Virus record (IMG/VR): IMGVR_UViG_3300043399_000877
Location: 62,001-126,000 of that record
DNA length: 64,000 nt
Direction: 5' to 3' (one strand)
The notes below the pieces were generated by a model, which saw only the letters and a list, made by a program, of their open reading frames with translations, did no database searches and was not told the origin of the DNA. Below, piece by piece: positions 1-7,777 of this stretch (position 1 is the stretch's first letter; each line of letters opens with the position of its first letter). The position numbers and the translations under genes were made by a program.

Positions 1-2359
1 CTTCGATAGCATATGTTGCAGATTTGTCGGGATCTTCTTTTATTTTTTCTTCGCCTGCTGGTATCCTAACATCGAAATACTTTGCATATCTCATATAATT
101 GCGTGTATTTTTTGCTATAGCTGCTTCGCCCTTTTCAAATCTCTTACCCAGCACATGTATCGCATACCAGGTTGCCTCTTCTGAATCAGTTGCAAGTGCG
201 GCTTCGCCTTCGGGGAAACTGTGAGCATCATGATCGAACGTCTGCAAATAATATTTTGCAAGTCCAGCGTTGTCGGCAAAACGCATACGCATCTTTTTAA
301 AGTCATAACCGACATCAAAATACGCTGCACTCTCGGCGGCGTTCATTAGGTCACTTATTTTAGAATTTGGATCTTTTACCAGCTTATCTAGATTGTCTCG
401 AATTTCTTTCTTAACTGTTGGTGAAATACTTGCAAGTTTGGTAGCCCATTCTTTACTGCGCTTTATAAGTGCCATTTGCAATTTGGGTGATGCAAGTTCA
501 AGACTACCGTCTTCGTAGTCCCACACCCGCTGATTCTTGAGGTTCTTCTTAAACCAACGCTCGAATGCCACCCGGTCGTAAGACTTTCCGGGACCGATTT
601 GTTTTGGTAAAACTGGAGCATTTTCAGAGCGGTTGCGTTCGCTGTTGTATATTTTTTCAATTGGAACAATGTACTTCCCGGAAAAGAACACAGCCTGGTG
701 TGGTTCGTTGCTGTGTATAACACCGGCGCCCCGACTATCGGTTGCGTACTCGTACCCGAGTATTCGCATAATGCGATTCCATTCAACTGTTTTTTTAGGT
801 GCAGGCTTGCTGCGTCCTTTTTGCCATTCAGTGATCATGTTTTGTACTGGGTCTGCTGATTCTTTTATCTCAATTCCCATTGCTGCGGCTTTTGATATAA
901 ATTGTTCAACATCATCGGCTGAAACATTATCAGCTGGAAATGCTGCGTCAAGCTCAGCGTATGTTATAACTCCGGTTTGTTTGCCTTTTTTAAGTAACTC
1001 GTTCTTTTTGTCGACACCGGGTGCCGCCGGAGCGGCGGGGGTGTTGCCCAACGGTTCAAACTCAGTCTCCGGTGGTTCTGGTGCTGTTGGGGTGTTAGGT
1101 GCGTAATCCGGATTAGCTTTATAAAAGATCGCAAACGGTCGTTTTAACACGGTGCCATTTTCTTTATTTTTAAGAACAACACCATCCTTCTCGATACCGA
1201 TAACAGTAAAAAGTTTCTTGCCTTTTGGGCTGGTCGCGTTGGCATCATCACCGATTTTAAATTTTAATCCGGTTGTGTCTTTGACGTCGTTTCCGTAATC
1301 TTTGTTGGGATCATACAACTCAACATCTCCGTATGTTAAATCGAAGACCTCAGGGCCGTTATCCATGTCAATTTCTAAAGAACCCGATGATTTATATGCA
1401 TAAGAAACCGTTCCGGTTTTTTTATAATATTCATGACCGGGTTTTGTCACTATAACTTTATCACCATGGTGTATTAACTCCGTTTTTGGTAGGTTTTTTG
1501 GAGGCGCAGTCTTTTTCAGGTATTTGAGCGGTACCTCGATGTAATTGCTTTTAGGAGAACCAACCAAAGCCACTGATGCATGTGGCTGATCCATGTTATA
1601 GTCGTTGCCGTCAAAATGCATGCTCACAACCTTAGCCACAACTTTATCCGGTGCTTGGCTGTTGGACCAAGGTTTACTGTAATCCGTAAAAGCTGGGTTT
1701 ATTTCAACAAAATCACCCTTGCCAAAGTCGACCTTTATATCGCCCATTTTTTTCTTCTTGGCTAATTCCGCACCCATTACGCGAGTCACGTTCCACAACT
1801 TTGATATGTCAGGCCCGGCCTTGTCTTCTTCAAAACTAAATGCATTACTTAATGCTTCTTTTTCGATACGACTATATTCTTCTGGATCAAAGCCCTGTGA
1901 CGTCATATACTGACGCAATTTAGCCATATCGCGTTTGAACTGTTGTTCGGTATATCTTGCAATATCCAGTCCTGCATTGGCGTTACGCGGTGTAAACACC
2001 CATACGAACGGTAAGTCGCCCATGTATTCAACTGCGCTCGCATTACCGGTATTTTTAATTACTCTGAGAACATGCGATAGCGGATAGCTATAAACACCCA
2101 GGGGTGTATCGTATCCGCTGCGTGGGTTTACACCGATCTTTTCTATACCAGTGTAACTCACATAAAGGTCTTCCACCGGTGGATATGTTCTACCACGACT
2201 GTCAGATGATCCGGCCAACCGTTCGTATTTTAATAATTCTTCAGCAGTGTTTTCCTGATACTTTTTTAATTCATCATAATCTGCGGACCTCTGATCTAAT
2301 CTTGGTTGGCCCTTCTCACTGCGGCGGCGCTCTACAATTCGGATATCACGATATTTCAT
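1..2359 (-). CDS. Large late/virion-type protein, 3'-truncated by the window edge; ART-like scaffold with inserted KOW/SH3-like domains and a sigma70 region 1.1 domain, plus C-terminal helical repeats
   Basis: Not in the ORF track because it has no stop in the window. ATG at 2359 overlaps the upstream TGA. Manual translation: MKYRDIRIVERRRSEKG...YVSYTGIEKIGVNPRSGYDTPLGVYSYPL...WNRIMRILGYEY...IHSNEPHQAVFFS, paralogous to 2356..4968. Bases 860-1009 encode KKNELLKKGKQTGVITYAELDAAFPADNVSADDVEQFISKAAAMGIEIKE. Confidence 0.85.
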   Translation of the reverse strand, partial: MKYRDIRIVERRRSEKGQPRLDQRSADYDELKKYQENTAEELLKYERLAGSSDSRGRTYPPVEDLYVSYTGIEKIGVNPRSGYDTPLGVYSYPLSHVLRVIKNTGNASAVEYMGDLPFVWVFTPRNANAGLDIARYTEQQFKRDMAKLRQYMTSQGFDPEEYSRIEKEALSNAFSFEEDKAGPDISKLWNVTRVMGAELAKKKKMGDIKVDFGKGDFVEINPAFTDYSKPWSNSQAPDKVVAKVVSMHFDGNDYNMDQPHASVALVGSPKSNYIEVPLKYLKKTAPPKNLPKTELIHHGDKVIVTKPGHEYYKKTGTVSYAYKSSGSLEIDMDNGPEVFDLTYGDVELYDPNKDYGNDVKDTTGLKFKIGDDANATSPKGKKLFTVIGIEKDGVVLKNKENGTVLKRPFAIFYKANPDYAPNTPTAPEPPETEFEPLGNTPAAPAAPGVDKKNELLKKGKQTGVITYAELDAAFPADNVSADDVEQFISKAAAMGIEIKESADPVQNMITEWQKGRSKPAPKKTVEWNRIMRILGYEYATDSRGAGVIHSNEPHQAVFFSGKYIVPIEKIYNSERNRSENAPVLPKQIGPGKSYDRVAFERWFKKNLKNQRVWDYEDGSLELASPKLQMALIKRSKEWATKLASISPTVKKEIRDNLDKLVKDPNSKISDLMNAAESAAYFDVGYDFKKMRMRFADNAGLAKYYLQTFDHDAHSFPEGEAALATDSEEATWYAIHVLGKRFEKGEAAIAKNTRNYMRYAKYFDVRIPAGEEKIKEDPDKSATYAIE

Positions 2360-4968
2360 TGTTTGTATTTACCCACGTAATGTTTTAAATCTTGTACTTC
2401 AACTTCAGAATGATCACCATACACCCCATATGAAACTATTGCAACTCCGGGTTTCGGGAAAGACGTTATATAACCGGTAAACTTTTCAAGGCTGGTGCCA
2501 TCTCCCCACCAATCTGTGCTGAATTCAACAATATCCCCTAACGAGAAATTCGAAGGTTTTTTGTATGTAGATGAATTAAATTCAAAAACTTCACTAGCCT
2601 TTACTTTCAATGTTTTATTATTGATTAAAAATATATATTCGTAGCTCTCTTCGATGCCTACCAACATACCGGTATCACCGTTTTTGTTTACTTTGTATTT
2701 TTCACCCAACTTGAAACCATACCGATTTGGTTTTATTGGAGCGATAAATTCCGGTGCAGTCTCATCAAGTTCACCACCACGGTGCATGTCATGAATTTGA
2801 ATACGTTTGTTGTTCTCGGGAGTATTAGCTATCATTACAAGTTTCTGTAAACCGCTCATAACTTCTGCATACATGTCTCCGGGTTTAAACTTGCTCAGGT
2901 CATCATATAACGGAAACTTTTTCCTATATCTACGAATGGCCGAGGACTTCAACGCCATAACATCTTCGGCCTCCGGCCAAGGGCGTTGAAGAACGTTGAT
3001 TGCGTAATCTGCCGCATTGTCAGGACTTAGTTGAATTTGTGGTTCGCCCTTGGGGAATGCTTCATGCAAGACGTTGGCTGCATAATTATATGCGGTTTCC
3101 GGGTCTTTACTGATAGCCTCCTCGCCAGCCGGCCAAGGTTTACGCAAAATACGAGAAGCATACCTGTATGCTCGCCATGAATCATCGGCTATGGCAGATT
3201 CGGCGGCCGGCCACGGCCCCTTCTTTATCTGCTCTATGTATTCCATGATATGTTTGGGGTTTTTCAAAAACGCTTCGTCGGACACTTGTATGTCTTTAGG
3301 GTCACCGGTGTAAGCACTTTCCAAATCACGTATAGCTCGGTTAATGTCATATTCATCTTCGCCGCTGTTTACTAACTTGGCCAAACGATTTGCCTTGGCC
3401 TTTACCACAAGGTAACCGTATTTGCTGCTGGCGCCGTCGATTATGGACAACCAAAGGTCGTTGTCTACCACCAACTTATTAATAAGTTTTTCTGATTGTA
3501 TCTTAACAGTATCCGAATACAGTCCATGTATTTGGTCGTAGTTCTTGTAATGCACTTTTAACCAACGTTCAAATGTTATCGGGTCGTATTTTCCGCTGTT
3601 TATTTGATCAGTTGTATAAGGTGGTCTCACTCTGATATTTCTCGCAGTATTGCGAATCTTGCCGATAGGGGTAAAATAGGCACCGGATAGGAATACAGCC
3701 TGTGTTTCTTCACTGGGATGGATTAGTCCGCTGTCATTACGATCTACGATGAAATCATACCCGGCGACTCTCATCAAACGGTTCCATTCGATAATACTGG
3801 TCTTGGCTCTGGTATTTAAGTTGCTTTCTTCGCGTATTATGGATTCTTTTGGAAATGTAAAATATGGGTCTGGTTCCGGTTCAAATTCTAAATCATCAAT
3901 AACATCAAAATCTACAATATTATCATCAGAGGCGTCGGGTTCTTTTTTTGGTTCAGCGGCCGGTGATTTTAGCACTTTTAAGTATTCTGGTGGCAAGTCC
4001 TTTACTTTCGTCGCTTTTCCAAATATACTGATGCTGAGTTCGAAGGTTTGCCCGACTTTGTTTACAACCTCGCCTTCAAATCCTTCAAACGGTCCCTTGA
4101 CAACCTCAACAGTGTCACCAATTTTAGGCATAGCCTCTATATTAAAAGAGGGTTTCGATTTTTCGGCAGGAACATAATCTACCGGAACGCTTGTTTTTTT
4201 TAAATCGTTCAACGGAAGGCCCTGTAATGGGTAACTGTTAAAATTACCAGATCCCGAATATATTTTTACATCAGCAGTGGTTTCAGTTTTGGTTACCACC
4301 ATCCCCACAGTGTCGCTCCAACCGGTGTACTCGGGTAATTCAACAAAGTCACCCAGTTTTATATTGGAGGGGCCGGAGATTTTCGAAGCGTTTTTAAAAC
4401 TTCCAAAGTCTTTGCCTAACACTCGAGTTGCATTCCAGAACATAGACGCATATATGGTTGAGCCACTGGTTTGTTTGGCTGATGACCAAGCTTCTTGTAT
4501 TTTCTGATCGATAAACTCTTCAGTCAATCCCTGTTTTGATAAGAAAGATCTGATCTTTTCCATATCCTCAAGAAGCTGTTCTTCCGTATAGGTCGCAAGT
4601 TCCAATCCGCGTTCGGGATTCTTAGGTGTAAACAACCAAATATACGGTTGCTTGCCCATATACGGAACGTCACTCGGGTCATTAGATGCCTTCATACGCT
4701 TCAAAGCATATTCAAGAGGATAGCAATAAACACCGATAGGAGTATTATACCCGCTCACTGGATTGATGCCAATTTTGTCTAATCCAGTATAGCTTATATA
4801 CAGGTCGCGCATATCTATACCTGAGTCAAGGGCCATACGTTCCAAATCTTTTACAGCGTTTTCACGAAACTGATCTAAATCATCACTGCTGGCCCTGTCT
4901 TTGTGAACTCTGGGTACACCTTTTTCGCTTCTGCGACGTTCTACAATTAATAAATCACGATATCTCAT
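2356..4968 (-). CDS. Large late/virion-type paralog; ART-like scaffold with an inserted NusG-CTD-like KOW domain, helical repeats and C-terminal KOW/SH3-like domains
   Basis: 887-aa ORF; probable start MRYRDLLIVE at 4968, just downstream of TGATAAATAC. Contains IGDTVEVVKGPFEGFEGEV...SISIFGKATKV and WPxxExxIxxDxxxAYxYA repeats. Confidence 0.85.
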   Translation of the reverse strand: MRYRDLLIVERRRSEKGVPRVHKDRASSDDLDQFRENAVKDLERMALDSGIDMRDLYISYTGLDKIGINPVSGYNTPIGVYCYPLEYALKRMKASNDPSDVPYMGKQPYIWLFTPKNPERGLELATYTEEQLLEDMEKIRSFLSKQGLTEEFIDQKIQEAWSSAKQTSGSTIYASMFWNATRVLGKDFGSFKNASKISGPSNIKLGDFVELPEYTGWSDTVGMVVTKTETTADVKIYSGSGNFNSYPLQGLPLNDLKKTSVPVDYVPAEKSKPSFNIEAMPKIGDTVEVVKGPFEGFEGEVVNKVGQTFELSISIFGKATKVKDLPPEYLKVLKSPAAEPKKEPDASDDNIVDFDVIDDLEFEPEPDPYFTFPKESIIREESNLNTRAKTSIIEWNRLMRVAGYDFIVDRNDSGLIHPSEETQAVFLSGAYFTPIGKIRNTARNIRVRPPYTTDQINSGKYDPITFERWLKVHYKNYDQIHGLYSDTVKIQSEKLINKLVVDNDLWLSIIDGASSKYGYLVVKAKANRLAKLVNSGEDEYDINRAIRDLESAYTGDPKDIQVSDEAFLKNPKHIMEYIEQIKKGPWPAAESAIADDSWRAYRYASRILRKPWPAGEEAISKDPETAYNYAANVLHEAFPKGEPQIQLSPDNAADYAINVLQRPWPEAEDVMALKSSAIRRYRKKFPLYDDLSKFKPGDMYAEVMSGLQKLVMIANTPENNKRIQIHDMHRGGELDETAPEFIAPIKPNRYGFKLGEKYKVNKNGDTGMLVGIEESYEYIFLINNKTLKVKASEVFEFNSSTYKKPSNFSLGDIVEFSTDWWGDGTSLEKFTGYITSFPKPGVAIVSYGVYGDHSEVEVQDLKHYVGKYKQ

Positions 4969-4990
4969 TATAGTTCCCAAATTAGTTAGT

Positions 4991-5000
4991 GTATTTATCA
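4991..5000 (-). promoter_or_regulatory. Putative late promoter (TGATAAATAC)
   Basis: T4 late-like ATAAATA about 25 nt upstream of the ATG. The same motif precedes 5361..7697, the GIY-YIG gene, 51400..52170, the tRNA-Arg/endonuclease unit and the 63803 gene. Confidence 0.65.
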
Positions 5001-5065
5001 ACACAGGCTTGACAAGCACCTTTGTTGACGTTAGTATATGCTAGACCCCGCTGTTGGTATATCAT

Positions 5066-5371
5066 ATGCATAGAAGCTATATCGGAACATTTCGTTACGA
5101 CCCAAACAACTTATGGAAGAAGATGAGTTTGACCTCTCGCGAGGACGTCTTCAGTCGGCTATCTGATGTACAGCAGCGTTGGTTGGAAAACAATGCGCCA
5201 GACTGGAAGTTTTGGCATGACGAATTCCGACGACTGCATTACCATATCTACTCCGAAACTCCGATATCAGACAGTCGTTTGACTATGGCTGGAATGATAT
5301 TCTATCAGGAAATTCCCAGCCATCCGCCGTTGGGTGAAGAAGCATTGTGGGTTGATGTTTTTAAGAGTTAA
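5066..5371 (+). CDS. Hypothetical small early protein
   Basis: Own TTGACA-N17-TAGTAT promoter at 5009-5037; lies between two minus-strand genes. Confidence 0.6.
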   Translation: MHRSYIGTFRYDPNNLWKKMSLTSREDVFSRLSDVQQRWLENNAPDWKFWHDEFRRLHYHIYSETPISDSRLTMAGMIFYQEIPSHPPLGEEALWVDVFKS

Positions 5372-7697
5372 ATGGTTCAACAGTAAAAGCGTCATCGCCA
5401 TATTCGTCAACTGCATCCTGGTAATCCTGTTGCGTTAACGCTTGTCCGAAGTTCAATCCTGTCAGTCCCGGTTCATCAACAATATATTGGTATTGTTTTA
5501 GTACATTGTAAAACAATGGGTCCAAATTTTTAATCCTAGTCGCCCAACTGGGGTTTTTCTGTATGAGTTTTTGTTGAATATTAGTGGGTGCTACTATTGA
5601 TTTTCTGTCATACTTTGCCGGATTCGGATTTGTTTTGAGAATGTAATCTAGCAGATCTGCGGGCTTGAATTTTTCAGGATCGGCTTCCAGTTCGCGGCTG
5701 TAAGCATCGGCATTGCGTATTTTTTCAACTACAGTGAATGCGGCCTTGCTGAAGAATACCGCCTGAGTGGGTTCATTTTCGTGTATGGTTCCGCTATCGA
5801 AATCAACGGCGTAATCATATTTTAGCACATTTCTCATTAACCAGTTCCATGCAACTGGTGTTCTGGAATTTAACTCGAGGTGACGTGCAGCAAACATTCT
5901 GGTGACATTCCATATTTGGCTGGAGAAAGTTTCTTCATATGCTTGTCCGGCATATTGTTCTACTCTAAAATGAAAATCTTTCTCGTCCATGTAATCGCCG
6001 TTTACGAAGAATTTTTCCATCTTCCAAACGTCGAGTTCATAGTCATCTTTGGTATAATAGTTGGAGCCCAACCACATTGCCTTATCTGGATTGTTGGCTT
6101 TTAACACCCATATAAACGGACTCATGCCGGCAAACGGCACAGCCGCGGCGGTCTTGTAGTCATACATATTTTTGTATATTTCTTTGGTCAACGGGTATGT
6201 ATAAATCCCAATAGGAGTGTCAAACTGACTTCTGGGATTAATTCCTATTTTGTCAACTTTTGTATAACTTATGTAGTAGAATTCGTCTTGGTTTACATAC
6301 TTTTCCAGACTGTCCAGCGCATATGACCTAGGATTCTTGTCAGGATTTCTTCTCGCTTCCGGGACAGATTTGGTCGTGTTTTCAGACAATCCAAAATGTC
6401 GTTGATATTCCTTCCAGATATACGGACTCTGTTTTATAGCTGCTTCACCTGCAGGCCACGGTTGTTTCAAAATCTTTTGGGCATACATCATGGCGGGCCA
6501 ACTGTCTTTTGCTATTGCTGGTTCACCCTTTTTAAATCTTTGCTGATTTAGTGAATGAAATGCATATAGATAAGCACTCATGCCATCTTTTGCTATAATG
6601 TCTTCCAAGTGCGGCGCTGGGCCTTTGTAGAATCGGGATGCTAGATCCTGCGCTGCTCTTGCTTCCCTAACTTCGTTGGAGTACAAAGAAACTTTTGGTT
6701 GACTTTTTATAAATGCTGTGTCAAATTCGTCTCGTTTTTTCTCATCTGACATTAAAATAGTTTTTACATCTGAACCGAGATGCTCCCCGGCTTTACGGTA
6801 ATAATACACTAACTCTTTTCCGTCGAGTTTCCAGAGTAAGAAAACAAAGTTGGCTTCAAGTGCCATTTCTTGACGATCTGTGGGGCCTGGGTCGTTGTAA
6901 TAGCCGTCTTCGTCGTCACCGGTTGGATCGCGTTCGGCATAATCTACTACTTCACCCAAAACTTCAAGCATGTTGTTTTGATTTTTGTCAAACAGCTTGG
7001 CAGTTACCGGATTTTGCTCCATAAAATATCGTGCGTCTTCAACTCCCAGTGGCTGGTCTTGAGAGTCCATAAATTGTCCGCTATCAAAATGGAACTGATA
7101 TTTTTGTTTGCGCTTTTTGTCGTGCCAGATATAAAGTGGACCGTATTTTGTATAATAATTATACATGTTTTTCTTTTCATCGGAGGCCGCCGTACACCAT
7201 TTGGTTCCGCTACCCAATGCACAACTGGCTTCACGAGTCTTGGGAACGGTAAGAATTCCCAGCGGACCGTTGTAAAGCACTTCCGCATCTTTAACTCCGG
7301 CGGCATCTGTATCAGCTGCACCAAGATCGGTATTGCTCAATTTGGCTGCAACATCAGCCAACGATCGCCAATTGTATTGATTTATATCACTATTGATGTT
7401 AAGGCGCTTGTGTTGTCCTTTGGTTTTAACGAATGTTTCGAGATCTGCCCGTAGTTTGTAGATGTCTTCGTATTTGAGCCCGTTCTTTATATATTGACGA
7501 ATTATCCAGACCACATACTGCTTGTTGGCAGTTGGGTCAGCTTCTTCTGCCGCCTGTAGCACTGCCTCCACCGGATCAGCACCCCGACTTTTTAAATATG
7601 CATCGGTCTTTGCCCGGTCAGCAATCGCATTGCTGAAGTTTGCAAGTGTTTTTGATCTGTCATATTCTAGGATTGTTTTGATTTCTTTATATCTCAT
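5361..7697 (-). CDS. Large late/virion-type paralog: N-terminal SCxLGxGTxWC domain, helical repeats, and an uninterrupted ART-like scaffold
   Basis: 788-aa ORF; probable start MRYKEIKTILE at 7697, after TGATAAATA (7718-7726). Contains YISYTKVDKIGINPRSQFDTPIGIYTYPL...KYDYAVDFDSGTIHENEPTQAVFFS. Confidence 0.85.
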   Translation of the reverse strand: MRYKEIKTILEYDRSKTLANFSNAIADRAKTDAYLKSRGADPVEAVLQAAEEADPTANKQYVVWIIRQYIKNGLKYEDIYKLRADLETFVKTKGQHKRLNINSDINQYNWRSLADVAAKLSNTDLGAADTDAAGVKDAEVLYNGPLGILTVPKTREASCALGSGTKWCTAASDEKKNMYNYYTKYGPLYIWHDKKRKQKYQFHFDSGQFMDSQDQPLGVEDARYFMEQNPVTAKLFDKNQNNMLEVLGEVVDYAERDPTGDDEDGYYNDPGPTDRQEMALEANFVFLLWKLDGKELVYYYRKAGEHLGSDVKTILMSDEKKRDEFDTAFIKSQPKVSLYSNEVREARAAQDLASRFYKGPAPHLEDIIAKDGMSAYLYAFHSLNQQRFKKGEPAIAKDSWPAMMYAQKILKQPWPAGEAAIKQSPYIWKEYQRHFGLSENTTKSVPEARRNPDKNPRSYALDSLEKYVNQDEFYYISYTKVDKIGINPRSQFDTPIGIYTYPLTKEIYKNMYDYKTAAAVPFAGMSPFIWVLKANNPDKAMWLGSNYYTKDDYELDVWKMEKFFVNGDYMDEKDFHFRVEQYAGQAYEETFSSQIWNVTRMFAARHLELNSRTPVAWNWLMRNVLKYDYAVDFDSGTIHENEPTQAVFFSKAAFTVVEKIRNADAYSRELEADPEKFKPADLLDYILKTNPNPAKYDRKSIVAPTNIQQKLIQKNPSWATRIKNLDPLFYNVLKQYQYIVDEPGLTGLNFGQALTQQDYQDAVDEYGDDAFTVEPFNS

Positions 7698-7777
7698 ACT
7701 AACTAAGTCCTTTGGTATATTTATCAACAGACTGTTGACATGCTGGACAGCTGACTATATAGTATGCGGGAATAGGG

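Noticed and set aside
1-2359. Apparent ORF-free region suggesting stop-codon reassignment or a pseudogene
   Set aside because: A single standard-code frame is open from 2359 to the window edge; other long genes are intact under the standard code, and no suppressor tRNA is seen.
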